DNA of 64,000 nucleotides. It comes from a virus. Location: positions 26,516 through 90,515 of IMG/VR virus record IMGVR_UViG_3300002138_000190. One strand, written 5' to 3'. Position 1 is the stretch's first letter. The number at the start of each line of letters is the position of its first letter. The position numbers and the translations under genes are program-made. Below, in pieces: positions 47,420-58,075 of this stretch. The notes under the pieces are model-generated. The model saw only the letters and a program-made list of their open reading frames with translations. It searched no databases and was not told the DNA's origin.

Positions 47420-50400
47420 TTATGCAAATCCACCTGTAGCTGGTGCTATTGTATTATTGCCCTTAATATAATCAGATCTATTCATAGTTCCAGTTTGTAA
47501 TTTAGCTGAGAATTTTCCTTTGTAATCTTGCAAATTACTATTTTGATCAAATGGACTTTGATCAGTATTATTTCTAGAGGGAACTGATATGTTTAATGCT
47601 TTTAATATATTGCCTAAAACATTGATAATATCAGTTTGTTTTCCATTTATTTCATCATTAATATCAGTAAGTTCTGATAATTCATCAATATTTTCTGTGC
47701 TTGGCTTAGAAGATTCTTGCATTTGTAAGTTTTGGGAAAACATATCTGTACTTTTGTTCTCAGGCATTTCTGCATTAGTAGCTGTAGAAACTTCTCCATT
47801 GTTTATTTTTATATTTCCCAAAGAATTAATTTCATTTATTTTGCTAACATTTTCTGTCATTAATTGAAGTATTTTGTCTAATTGTTCTCCAAAATTTGTC
47901 AATGCATTTTCTAAAGGACTTAAACTAATGGCTTCTATGTCAATGTCCTTGAATATATTTGTTAATGCAGAAACATCAAATGCTGGCATTTCGTTCATTG
48001 TTAATTTGTTGATGTTATCTTGCATTGTGTTGATGATTCCATCTAATTGCAATCCAAGATTTACCATTGCATTTTCTAAAGGATCAGCATTAATAGCATT
48101 TGTGTCAACATCTTTGAATATATTTGTTAATGCTGATACATCAAATGATTTAATTTGATCTATTAATTTTTCAAGTGCTAAAAGTTTTTCGAGATTTTGA
48201 ATTGTTCCATCAGAAATACTAACAAAAGTTCCCTTGAAGAAATCATTATTAAATATTTCAGCTAACTGACTAATCTTTTCAGAAGCATCGTCACCATATT
48301 TTGTGTCTATGTAATTTAAAAGTTCTTCCATGCTGTTGAAAAATCCAATAAATATTGGCCCTAAATTTGAACATAAAGTAGCCAAAGAACTAATCTGAGA
48401 TGATGCTTTTGCCAATAATTTAGGACTTGCTGAAACCATCAACAAAGGTACAACTACTCCCTGCATGATAAAGCTTAACAAACCAATAAAAACTGTTCTG
48501 AAAGATTCGCCTTTTGCTCCAAGTTTTGCACCTAAAGATGCATCAACCGATTCTAAGTTTTTCATTAAATCAGGTAGCTTAGTACTTAAATTTTCAATTA
48601 AACTTGGTAATGCATTTACAATGGTTGCAATACTTGTGATTTTCTTTGCTATTTTATCAAGAGATTTGCTTGAAATAGGTATTGCAGCAAGTGGTATAAT
48701 AAAATTATTGTATAAACTAACAACAAATTCAGGTAATTGCTCTCCAAATTCTTCAAGTTTAGAACTTACATCTTGTATGAAAGTAAGATTGCTATTATCT
48801 ACTTTCATTAATTTTCCAATGCAATCATTAACATTGGTTATCAAAACAGGCAAATCCTTTGCTATAGTACTAACAGATGTTAGTATTGCAGCTGTTTTTG
48901 TAAGTTTCTTAGGATTTGTAACTTTATTTAAAATTGAAAGTGGTTCAATAACATTTTGTATCAATGCTATAACAAAATCTGCTATCAAATAATTTACTGG
49001 CCCACTATTTTTAAGCTCGCCATATAAGGTTTGTACATTGGGGCCAACTTCTTTTAACTTTCCAATTTGAGTTGATGCTGCTTTTATTGTGGCAGGATCT
49101 AGGTCTGTTCCCAATATAGTAAACAATGAAGTCAATGCAGAAATTGCTTCACTTGTAGCTTTAAGTATTTTTGCAATTCTTTCAACTTTTTTAGGATTGA
49201 TACTAATTGTAGATTTACTAAATGGTTCTATTAAATTTTTGATTATGAAATTTGGCAAGCTTGACATTATTTGGCCAAAGTCACTTGTTCCTTTATCTGA
49301 AAGAACATCTTTTAAATAATTAGCAACAGATACAGCTTTTTTAATTCCTTGCGAGTCTATTGTAATAACTTCATCGTTTAAGTTTGATGCAATTATTCCC
49401 ATGCTTTCTAGTAAACTAGAAACTTCTCTTATTATTGTTCCGTATCCACCTAGTATTTTTGTTGCTTCAGTAAAATCTTTTTCACTTATGTTAATTTTTT
49501 TAAATCCTGAAACAATTTCAGAAAACTTTGTAAGCAATGGAACAAAATCACCATCGAAAAATTTTCTAATAGCGGTAATGTTTTCAGCTATGGTTGGTAA
49601 TTTCTTTTCTATTGCTGCAACAGGAGTAGAGGTTTGGCTGTTTCCAGAAGGATAAACTTGTTCTGTTTTTGCAACCTCTTGTTTTGCTTCATTTAAAAAA
49701 GCAAAACAAGAAGTGAATTGATTTATAACAGTAGAAATAGCTTTGGAAAAAGCAATAAACGAAGTAAAATCTAATTTTGGAATGTTAGGAATTCCACCAA
49801 TAAAACCTTCAATTTCTGAGAAAAAAGAATCATCTAATATAGAACTTTTAATATTTGCAATTGAAGTTTGTATTGATTTTTTAATGTTTTCTAAATCTGC
49901 TAATTCTATAGGCTTAAAGTTTTTGATAGTTTGAAGAAAATTAGCATCGAATATAGTAATTAAATCTTTGAACGAACTCATGCTTTTGGTTACTAACATT
50001 AATTTATCACCAAGCTTAGATATTTTGCCTGATGCATCTTCCCCACCAGCTTCAGTAGTTAATTCTGTAATTGCTACATTCAAATCTCTATTCATGTATA
50101 TTATTGTTTTTAATGCTCGCCATGTATTTTCTGATGCTTCTGAAAATGCTTCACCATCGGCATAATATTTTCTTGCAAACATTGCCTTGTTTTCTGTAAC
50201 AAAATTAATACTTGGCATAATTTCTTTTTGAAATAATGTAAAAAACTCTCCAACTTTTTGAAAGTTTTTTGACACTAACATTAACTTGTCACCAACACCA
50301 GATATTTTTCCTGATGCATCTTTTCCAGTCTCTTCTTTAAATAATGTATCGAATGCTACATTTAAATCTCTATTGATATACATCAGGGTTACTAACACTT

Positions 50401-53400
50401 TCCATATGTTATTTGATGCATCAGAAAATCCAATTTTATTACCAGCTTCATCTACTACATCAGAATAATATTGGGTTGCAAACATTGCCTTGTTTTTTTC
50501 AACAAAATCAAGACTAGGCATAATATCTTTTTGAAATGATGTGAAAAACTCTCCAACCTTTTGAAAGTTTTTTGATATTATTGCTAGTTTGTCATAAACT
50601 TTATCTAGAGAATTGCTTTTATCGGGATTCATTCCTACTAAATTACCAATTTCAGTATTTATAATATTATTGATGGCAATTAAATTTTTAAAGAGCAGAG
50701 AAAAGTTTTCCACTAATTCAGATTGCTCTTTAGAAAACTTTTCTACTTTTGTACTGCTCCAACAACCATGCCACTTAGTTGAGGTTGTGGTTTTTGTATA
50801 TTCACCCATCATTAACATTTCTTTACTTTTTTCAAATTCCTTCATTGGCCCTGCAATATCATTGTTGAAGATGTTTATTAAAGTCTTCAAAGAAATCATT
50901 AATTTACCTAAATTTTCAGCCATTGCAGTAACAGGCCCAATTGAAACTACATTTACATCTTTGTATTTCTTTGAAATTTCAATTAAGGCTTTTGAATTAT
51001 CTAAAATATTTTCATAGAATTTGGTTAGTTTTGATTCAATTTGTTTTGTTCCAATTTCTTTGGTTGCAACATTTTTTGGAACAGCTACTGGTTGTTCTGA
51101 TACTCTGCCTCTATAGCTACCATCTGTGTTGTACATTTCATCGCCAATGGTAAAGCCATATTGTTTTTCTTTCTTGGGTTCTATTTTTATTGGTTTCAAA
51201 GCATCTTGTTTGTCAATTCCACCCATCAAGGTATTTATTTGTCTCATAGATTCAGCTGAACTTGCAACTGCTTTTGTCAAAACTGCTATTTGTTCAATTT
51301 TGCTGGCTGTTGATTTCAAATCTATATTTGATATTTTATATTTTCTTGTAACATTTAAACTTGCTTCAACATTTCTAAAAACATTATCTAACACTTTTGG
51401 CAAACTGTCATTGCCAAGACTTTTATTTAATTCTTCTAGGTTTTTAGTATTTAAATTTTTACCAAATTCACTTGAGTTTCCAGTAAATTCAGAAAAGATA
51501 TCTGCCATAGATTTAACAAGGTCTAAACTTTCTTTTACTTTAGCTAAAGGAATATTTTTAGTAGTTTCATACATTTCATGTGAAATAGTTGCAGTTGCAA
51601 TAATAACTGATGTTATGGAAGATTTAACATTTTCTATTATTTTTGCAGCCTTGGCAAAAGATGCTTGTGCATTTTCAATTGTGTCAAAAGATGAACTGTT
51701 TACAATTTGGTCTAATGAAGCAAGACCATTAAACAACGGTAGTGCTGTTGAAGAAAACGCATTAACAAATTCATTTAATTTTTTAAAATTTGAAGGATCT
51801 ATGTTTTGTAAAGAAGACAATAATTTAGGACTTGCTATAGCAAGGCCAGCTATTACAGCAAAACAATTTTCTAAATGTCCTGCAACTACTTCTGGTGTGT
51901 CAGCTTGTCCAATTGAATTTGATGCAGTTTTTAAACTTTGATATCCTGGTGCTAAAGCAATTGCTTCATCTGCTATTGCTTTAATTGCTTTGCCTAAACC
52001 TTTTGGGGATTCTGAATATTTTTCTAGTGTTGTAGCACTTTGTTTAATAATTTCAGGAGAAATTCTATATTTACTTTCTAAGTTTTTTATTACTTGTGGC
52101 ACTTCAGAAAGAACTGAAAACAAACTATTGATGACAGCTTTTATGGCAGCAATTGGGCTTGCCATATTATCCCCACCAGTAAACAGTTGCATTACCCATC
52201 CAATGCCTTGGCCAATTCCAACAGCAACACCACCTACAAGGCCACCAACGCTAACACCAGCTAATCCTGCTGCTGCTGCTGCTACATAGCCTATTAATTT
52301 TGCACCAGGCCCAAGAATTGCCGATAAGCTGTCTACAGCTTTAATTAGTTCACTTGGACTTACTGGCATTTTACTTATTGCATCTACTCCACTTTTTCCA
52401 ACTTCTCCAATCCATTCAACCATTCTGCTTATTGAAGCTGCTACTCCAAATCCTGGTAGGAATGATACAATCTTATCAAGCCCAACAGATAAAGTTCCAA
52501 TTAAACCACCAGCAAATCCTGCTAATACAGCAGTTCCTGCTGCTGCTAATGCAACTGAAAATTTAGCAATAGTATAAAATATAGAAGTGCATTCAGCAGA
52601 TGTTTTTTCAATTAATGGTATGTCCATTGAACTAGTAGTATCTGCTAATTCTTCTATCCCCATAGCCAATCTCAAAAGAACTCCAGATAAAACTATAAAT
52701 AGCACAGCCCCTATTGCTAAAGCAGCAATGAGTGTTCCACTAGTTCCTATTACACCATATCCCAAGGCAGTCATTGGTGCAGCTGCTGCAATCATAACTA
52801 AAGACAAAACACCAACACACGCAAATAAAATGCTTAATTTTTTAGTGGTATCTATAAGTTTATTTTCATCTATTCCTAATTGATCTACTACTCCAGATAG
52901 GTAAACTAATCCCGATCCTAAAATTCCAACAGCAACACTCATAAGTACAAAAGTTCCTGCTCCTGCTGCTAAAGTTGCAAAATCTCCTTTGCCAAAAACA
53001 TTCATCATTTTTTGCATTGTTTTTAGAATTAAAGAAAATGCTAATATTTCTGTTGATAGAAATATTGTGGCAGCAAAAAGAATTCCTATTTTCTTAGTTA
53101 CTGCAATTATTTTTTGTTCATTTATGTCAATACCTGTTTTTTGAAGCAACATCATTGCACCAAATATAATTCCAGCTGCAAGTAAAAGACCTCCTAGTCC
53201 AAGTGCAAAATTTCCTGCATATCCTTTAAATGCTCCACCATTAATAACACCGCTTTTAGGTGGATTTGCTGAAGCAGCTGATATTTTTCTCGCTGGCATA
53301 TTTCCAGATTTTTTACTTACTCTTGTTGTTGCTGCTGGTTTCTTTAATTTATCTGCTCCTATTAATGCAGCATTTGCTGCACCTTTTCCAAATCCATTCC

Positions 53401-55411
53401 TTGCATAGCTACTAGCAGCTATTATTGCTACACTCGTAGCAATAACTCCTAAAACACCAGCAGAACTCATAAAGGCAGATATGGTTCCACTAGTGCCTTT
53501 CATAATTTCTGTTTTTATTTCTTGTAAATATTGATTTGTTTCAGTAAGTGCATCTAGTTGAGTTTTTTGTTTAGTTGCATTAGTTGTTTCAGCTTTTGAT
53601 AATTTCGCAGTTAATTCTCTAAAAGAAGCTGGATTATCTAATGCTTTTTCAATTTCTGAAGATGTAATTCCTAAATTTTTCTTAGTTGCAGTTTCAATTC
53701 CTTTTATTGCTTCTTGTAAAGCACCTCTAATAACTTCTTTATTTGTTCCTTTTAGTCCTAAAGATTGCAAATCTTTTTCAAATTCTTTTCTTCTTTCACC
53801 AAACTTTGAAAGAGCTTCATCCATGTTCTTAGCCCCAACTGCTGCTTTATCAAGTACAGTAAGAGTTTCTAAAGATTTATTTGTAGCTAGTCTTCTTTTT
53901 TCTTCTAATGCAGATGTTTTTTCTTCCAAAGTTAAATTTGTTTTTAATCTTTTTTCAATATCGGCAACTCTATCACCATAGCCTTTACCAGCTTCGGTAA
54001 GTGATTCAACCACACCTCTTACTTCACCTAATTCAAGTCCAAATGCAGCTTTTAAGTTCAAATTAAGCTTCATTTTTGCAAAATCAGAAAGGTTGTCGAT
54101 TGCATCAATGCTTTCAACACCAAATCTTTTAAGTACATTTGTAACACCTTCGGCCAATGCTTTGATGCCTTCTTTGCTTCTTGTTAGAACACCTTTTTGC
54201 AAATCCCCAATTTTTCCAACACTTGCAGCAGCACTAAAAAGTAAACTTTTTGTTTGATTTGATGCTGTAAAGAATAAATTAGTGGTACTACTTGCAGCTT
54301 CCAATAAAGTTTTTGCTTGCTCTGTTACTCCAAGTTTTTCTGCTGCTGCTATGCCTTGTGTTACATTTTTTACTGCTGTAGCTGTTAAGGTAGATGCTTT
54401 TCTCATAACATCTATGATTGATTGTGACGAACTCATTGCCTGTTGTAGATTTTTACCTGTTAAGCCAGTTTGTTTGGCTATATCTCTCATTCCTCTGCCA
54501 ACATCTGCCAATTCCCCTTCTGTCAATCTTCCAACTTGATAAAGATGATTAAAGGTATCAAATAGGTCACCAGCTTCTAGCCCCAATTGTTTTTCTGTTG
54601 ACAATTGTGCTTCTGTTAAATTAACTAATTTTTCTTTGTATTTAACTGCATTGCCATCAAGTTTAACACCAGCCTTCATGTATTTAATTAAATTTTCTTG
54701 AGCTTGTTCTTGAGATGCACCAGTAACTTTAGTTATATTTTCTAAATCTTCTAAGGTTTTAAATAAGTTTTGGTTTGCTGATGTAACATTTCCAGTTTCA
54801 TAAAGTGCTGCTCTTACTTCTTGTGTGTATTTTACTTGAGCACCTACACCTTCTAAAACTGTACCAACTAATCCTCTATATCCAGTATTTAAATTTACAA
54901 GTTGTTCGGCAGCATATTTTAAATTAGTTACTAGCCCTTCCATCAAATTTTCATTTCCAACAAACAATTGATTTCCGCTTTCAAAATTCAATTTTGTTTT
55001 GCCTGTTGATTCAGGTTTAGTTGATACAGGTTTAGATGATCTTTCACGACCCATTCTTGGGTCACCATAGCTTCTAGGTTTTTGGCTTTTTCTAAATGCA
55101 TCTCTCAGTTTATTGTTTGGATCATTTTTTTGAACTTTATTATGATCTTTAGATTTCTTAATAGGATTGGCTTCTTTGGTTGCAGTATTATTTAACTTTT
55201 TAATTACTTCTGCTACTTTTTCAACATACTTTTCTGATTTTTTCATTTCAACAAGAACATCTCTGTTTACTTTAAGTAGTTCTTCTAGTAAAGCTTTAAC
55301 TCCAAGATTAGCTGGATTAGCTTGTGGTTGAGCTTGAGGTGGTGAAACACCACCAAGAATTTGCTGCATTACTGCATTTACATCAATAGGGCCAAGAGGT
55401 TGTTTTGCCAT
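47420..55411 (-). CDS. Tape measure protein (2663 aa)
   Basis: Very long Ala/Lys/Ser-rich helical protein upstream of the tube initiator and hub genes; multiple hydrophobic segments around 52200-53500. Confidence 0.88.
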   Translation of the reverse strand: MAKQPLGPIDVNAVMQQILGGVSPPQAQPQANPANLGVKALLEELLKVNRDVLVEMKKSEKYVEKVAEVIKKLNNTATKEANPIKKSKDHNKVQKNDPNNKLRDAFRKSQKPRSYGDPRMGRERSSKPVSTKPESTGKTKLNFESGNQLFVGNENLMEGLVTNLKYAAEQLVNLNTGYRGLVGTVLEGVGAQVKYTQEVRAALYETGNVTSANQNLFKTLEDLENITKVTGASQEQAQENLIKYMKAGVKLDGNAVKYKEKLVNLTEAQLSTEKQLGLEAGDLFDTFNHLYQVGRLTEGELADVGRGMRDIAKQTGLTGKNLQQAMSSSQSIIDVMRKASTLTATAVKNVTQGIAAAEKLGVTEQAKTLLEAASSTTNLFFTASNQTKSLLFSAAASVGKIGDLQKGVLTRSKEGIKALAEGVTNVLKRFGVESIDAIDNLSDFAKMKLNLNLKAAFGLELGEVRGVVESLTEAGKGYGDRVADIEKRLKTNLTLEEKTSALEEKRRLATNKSLETLTVLDKAAVGAKNMDEALSKFGERRKEFEKDLQSLGLKGTNKEVIRGALQEAIKGIETATKKNLGITSSEIEKALDNPASFRELTAKLSKAETTNATKQKTQLDALTETNQYLQEIKTEIMKGTSGTISAFMSSAGVLGVIATSVAIIAASSYARNGFGKGAANAALIGADKLKKPAATTRVSKKSGNMPARKISAASANPPKSGVINGGAFKGYAGNFALGLGGLLLAAGIIFGAMMLLQKTGIDINEQKIIAVTKKIGILFAATIFLSTEILAFSLILKTMQKMMNVFGKGDFATLAAGAGTFVLMSVAVGILGSGLVYLSGVVDQLGIDENKLIDTTKKLSILFACVGVLSLVMIAAAAPMTALGYGVIGTSGTLIAALAIGAVLFIVLSGVLLRLAMGIEELADTTSSMDIPLIEKTSAECTSIFYTIAKFSVALAAAGTAVLAGFAGGLIGTLSVGLDKIVSFLPGFGVAASISRMVEWIGEVGKSGVDAISKMPVSPSELIKAVDSLSAILGPGAKLIGYVAAAAAGLAGVSVGGLVGGVAVGIGQGIGWVMQLFTGGDNMASPIAAIKAVINSLFSVLSEVPQVIKNLESKYRISPEIIKQSATTLEKYSESPKGLGKAIKAIADEAIALAPGYQSLKTASNSIGQADTPEVVAGHLENCFAVIAGLAIASPKLLSSLQNIDPSNFKKLNEFVNAFSSTALPLFNGLASLDQIVNSSSFDTIENAQASFAKAAKIIENVKSSITSVIIATATISHEMYETTKNIPLAKVKESLDLVKSMADIFSEFTGNSSEFGKNLNTKNLEELNKSLGNDSLPKVLDNVFRNVEASLNVTRKYKISNIDLKSTASKIEQIAVLTKAVASSAESMRQINTLMGGIDKQDALKPIKIEPKKEKQYGFTIGDEMYNTDGSYRGRVSEQPVAVPKNVATKEIGTKQIESKLTKFYENILDNSKALIEISKKYKDVNVVSIGPVTAMAENLGKLMISLKTLINIFNNDIAGPMKEFEKSKEMLMMGEYTKTTTSTKWHGCWSSTKVEKFSKEQSELVENFSLLFKNLIAINNIINTEIGNLVGMNPDKSNSLDKVYDKLAIISKNFQKVGEFFTSFQKDIMPSLDFVEKNKAMFATQYYSDVVDEAGNKIGFSDASNNIWKVLVTLMYINRDLNVAFDTLFKEETGKDASGKISGVGDKLMLVSKNFQKVGEFFTLFQKEIMPSINFVTENKAMFARKYYADGEAFSEASENTWRALKTIIYMNRDLNVAITELTTEAGGEDASGKISKLGDKLMLVTKSMSSFKDLITIFDANFLQTIKNFKPIELADLENIKKSIQTSIANIKSSILDDSFFSEIEGFIGGIPNIPKLDFTSFIAFSKAISTVINQFTSCFAFLNEAKQEVAKTEQVYPSGNSQTSTPVAAIEKKLPTIAENITAIRKFFDGDFVPLLTKFSEIVSGFKKINISEKDFTEATKILGGYGTIIREVSSLLESMGIIASNLNDEVITIDSQGIKKAVSVANYLKDVLSDKGTSDFGQIMSSLPNFIIKNLIEPFSKSTISINPKKVERIAKILKATSEAISALTSLFTILGTDLDPATIKAASTQIGKLKEVGPNVQTLYGELKNSGPVNYLIADFVIALIQNVIEPLSILNKVTNPKKLTKTAAILTSVSTIAKDLPVLITNVNDCIGKLMKVDNSNLTFIQDVSSKLEEFGEQLPEFVVSLYNNFIIPLAAIPISSKSLDKIAKKITSIATIVNALPSLIENLSTKLPDLMKNLESVDASLGAKLGAKGESFRTVFIGLLSFIMQGVVVPLLMVSASPKLLAKASSQISSLATLCSNLGPIFIGFFNSMEELLNYIDTKYGDDASEKISQLAEIFNNDFFKGTFVSISDGTIQNLEKLLALEKLIDQIKSFDVSALTNIFKDVDTNAINADPLENAMVNLGLQLDGIINTMQDNINKLTMNEMPAFDVSALTNIFKDIDIEAISLSPLENALTNFGEQLDKILQLMTENVSKINEINSLGNIKINNGEVSTATNAEMPENKSTDMFSQNLQMQESSKPSTENIDELSELTDINDEINGKQTDIINVLGNILKALNISVPSRNNTDQSPFDQNSNLQDYKGKFSAKLQTGTMNRSDYIKGNNTIAPATGGFA
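47830..48150 (-). repeat. Internal ~165-bp (55-aa) duplication in the tape measure gene
   Basis: FDVSALTNIFKD..PLENA occurs twice; TTGAATATATTTGTTAATGC recurs 165 nt apart. Boundaries approximate. Confidence 0.8.
49980..50600 (-). repeat. Internal ~300-bp (~100-aa) duplication in the tape measure gene
   Basis: KNFQKVGEFFT.FQK.IMPS...NKAMFA...NRDLNVA...DASGKIS..GDKLMLV occurs twice, with DNA-level similarity. Boundaries approximate. Confidence 0.85.
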
Positions 55412-55413
55412 AA

Positions 55414-55848
55414 TTAATTATTCTCATTAATTTCTTTTACTTTTACATTAGTCTTTCTATTTATTTGTTTGTCAACATCTTCTTTTATTTCCTTATTTTG
55501 TTTTGTTTTCATTATTGCTTTCAATCCCATCATTTGAAGCATTTTGTCACAATCCAAATATTTTAAACTCTGAACACCATTTCCTTTATAAACTCTAAAT
55601 CCTTTAATTATATATGCTTTACCCTTTAGCAAAGGATAACCAAGTGCTTTATTTTTACATGCATTTATTTCTTTTGGCGATAACAATCTTTTAATGTCGT
55701 TATAAGTTAAATAATGAATGTTTATTCCAACTAATACATTGTTCTTGTTATCAACTTTAGTTACCATGACTGTTGGGTTAGGGTCATGCTTGAAAAAACT
55801 ATATTTAAAGGAAACAATGCTTCCAACTTTAATTTGGTTAATTGCCAT
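55414..55848 (-). CDS. DNA end protector (T4 gp2)-like protein
   Basis: VSFKYSFFKHDPNP and VGINIHYLT match the gp2-like F.Y...D..P...GlNlHYL pattern; shorter than T4 gp2. Confidence 0.55.
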   Translation of the reverse strand: MAINQIKVGSIVSFKYSFFKHDPNPTVMVTKVDNKNNVLVGINIHYLTYNDIKRLLSPKEINACKNKALGYPLLKGKAYIIKGFRVYKGNGVQSLKYLDCDKMLQMMGLKAIMKTKQNKEIKEDVDKQINRKTNVKVKEINENN

Positions 55849-56351
55849 TAATTTTTAGAATATATTTGATTGGAATAAGAATTACTTGCATCCATGTTTC
55901 TGACTACAATAGAGCCAGCTTTATCACTACCACTAGTTCCATCAATTACTTTGCCCATCAAATCATCTTCTGCTACTTTACTTTGCATAAAGAAATGTCT
56001 CACTAATTTAGCTACTTCTTTAACCAAAGTTTCCATAGCTTTTTCTTGATTGGGTTTTATTTCTTTAATTTGAAAGAACATATCATTTACTGGTAATTCT
56101 CTTGGAGTGCCATAGGGCAAAGTATTTTTGTTTTTTGAAGTTTGAAATGACATGGTAGAGCCATTTTCAGATATTTTAATTCCTTCAAAGCTTAAGTTAT
56201 TAAGTGGTGTATAACAAAACAAATATGGTTTCACATCATCAACAATTTCTTCACACTTAAGTCCATCTTTTTCAAGACATTTTTTAATAAGCTGAAGTTT
56301 AATTCTGCTTTCTTCAGTTTTTGCATAAGAATATTCTAAAAATGTACCCAT
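55848..56351 (-). CDS. Hypothetical protein
   Basis: 167 aa, RBS AAGGA, 1-bp overlap with the next gene. Confidence 0.7.
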   Translation of the reverse strand: MGTFLEYSYAKTEESRIKLQLIKKCLEKDGLKCEEIVDDVKPYLFCYTPLNNLSFEGIKISENGSTMSFQTSKNKNTLPYGTPRELPVNDMFFQIKEIKPNQEKAMETLVKEVAKLVRHFFMQSKVAEDDLMGKVIDGTSGSDKAGSIVVRNMDASNSYSNQIYSKN

Positions 56352-56361
56352 GTTTCCTTTC

Positions 56362-57702
56362 TTAACAATTACGCATTAAAATTTCAGGTGTGGATGGAAT
56401 GCATCGACTTAAAAACTTCAAGTCAGAAGGATTGCCATTGTAAGGTATAGTTTTAAAATTAATTCCATTGTAGGAAGATGAGGCTTCTTTGATAATATCT
56501 TTAGAAGCGTTTAGAATTAACATGCCATCTCTTCTTGTAATGAATTCAACTTGTTCTTTTAGGGATTTGCCGAATTCATCTAGTTGACCAGTATCTTTTT
56601 GGAATAAAATTTTAATATCTGCTAAAGGAACAATATTTCCTTTTTCGTCAATTGTTGCTTCTGAATTAGAGTTTACATATGTGACAACTACAATTTTGCC
56701 GTCATTATATGCACCTTTAAGAAATGTAGATAAATCCAATCCAATTAAATTAACTGATCCATCTTCACCTACAACATTAACAATAAAGGCTCTTTTTCTA
56801 AAAAAGTTTGAAATGCTATCTATGATAATTCTTTTTTTCAAAATATCTTTTTCTTCAGGACTTCCTGATTCCATTCTTTCAATTTCTGAATCAGACAAGT
56901 ATTTATTTGGTTCATCAACTGTCATATACCATTTGCCAATATCAATAGCACCAAATCTTGCATTCATTCTAGTTGATATCTTAACTGAGTATTCTTTTTG
57001 ATTAAGAATTAAATCTTCATTTACTCCACCGCTGCCAACTTGTATTGCACATAGCAAAGATGCTATAAATTTTCTATGTAGATCACTTTTTAAGCTGTAT
57101 AGTCCATTTAATTTTATAAAAACATTTGATATTTCTGGATACTTTTGTAAAACATTGAAAATATGATTTGTCAAAGAATTAGCAGGGTTTGCATTATCCA
57201 TTTCTTCTCTTATGAGTTTTCTTATTTCATTGGAAACATTTTCAATGTTTGCTTGTTGCCTTAAATAACAAATCTGCAAGTTATCTTCTACGAATTTTCT
57301 TCTATAGGGATCAATGTTTAAATCTCTTACTTGGTTTATCAAGCTCATTAATTTGTTAATATCACTTTTTGATGATTCTTTAAAAAATTCTGATCTCCAC
57401 TTATCAAAGTCAACATTACTTGCTTCTTCAGGCATATCAGGATATTCAGGATCAAAGGAACTATCTGGCTTGTTACTTGGTTTATATTGTTCAGGACTTG
57501 TATTGTTAGATGATTTATTTAGGTTGGTAATACTTGTTCCTTTGGACATGGGATTACTCATGCCACCAGAACCACCAGAAAAATTAGGATCTTTGGCACT
57601 ATCAGATGGTACTCCAGCTAAAGGGTCAGGCCCACCACCAAAAGTTGGATCTTGTTCGTTAATAAGCCAATTTTCAATCACCCAATAATTTTTCATTTTC
57701 AT
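56362..57702 (-). CDS. Hypothetical protein with a low-complexity P/G/S N-terminus (possible internal virion protein)
   Basis: 446 aa; WLINEQ followed by a disordered segment. Confidence 0.75.
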   Translation of the reverse strand: MKMKNYWVIENWLINEQDPTFGGGPDPLAGVPSDSAKDPNFSGGSGGMSNPMSKGTSITNLNKSSNNTSPEQYKPSNKPDSSFDPEYPDMPEEASNVDFDKWRSEFFKESSKSDINKLMSLINQVRDLNIDPYRRKFVEDNLQICYLRQQANIENVSNEIRKLIREEMDNANPANSLTNHIFNVLQKYPEISNVFIKLNGLYSLKSDLHRKFIASLLCAIQVGSGGVNEDLILNQKEYSVKISTRMNARFGAIDIGKWYMTVDEPNKYLSDSEIERMESGSPEEKDILKKRIIIDSISNFFRKRAFIVNVVGEDGSVNLIGLDLSTFLKGAYNDGKIVVVTYVNSNSEATIDEKGNIVPLADIKILFQKDTGQLDEFGKSLKEQVEFITRRDGMLILNASKDIIKEASSSYNGINFKTIPYNGNPSDLKFLSRCIPSTPEILMRNC

Positions 57703-58075
57703 CCTCTTTGCTATTTAAATCTTCTTTTATTTTTTCTTCTCGCAAAGCTTCAATAATTGATCTTCTATTGATATTTATTGGAGAATTGTTATTTGTTGTT
57801 ACTTTTAATTGGTTTTTTTGTTTTATTTTCAATGATGTGAGCAAATCAGCAACTTTAGTTTTTTTGTCTAAAATATCAGATTTTATTTTTGCAAGATTAA
57901 CAACTGATTCTTTTGAGGAACTACTAACATCCCCGCCATTGAACACCATATCCGTAAAATTTTGCAATAAATTGTCTACTTCAATACGATCATTTTTAAT
58001 TTCTGCTAATAATTCCATATACAAACCCATTAAAAGTTCATCTGTAATTAATTCTTCTTTTGATATATTTTCCAT
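57674..58075 (-). CDS. Helical hypothetical protein
   Basis: ATG at 58075 with strong RBS AAGGGGA (track start 58165); TAAATA at 58090-58095. Confidence 0.7.
   Translation of the reverse strand: MENISKEELITDELLMGLYMELLAEIKNDRIEVDNLLQNFTDMVFNGGDVSSSSKESVVNLAKIKSDILDKKTKVADLLTSLKIKQKNQLKVTTNNNSPININRRSIIEALREEKIKEDLNSKEDENEKLLGD

Noticed and set aside
49980-50600. Duplicated segments as a diversity-generating retroelement template/variable pair
   Set aside because: Both copies are in frame in one gene, differences are not adenine-specific and include an indel, and no reverse transcriptase is in the window.
47589-54539. Many plus-strand ORFs opposite the tape measure gene
   Set aside because: Typical antisense shadows with no RBS or recognisable motifs.
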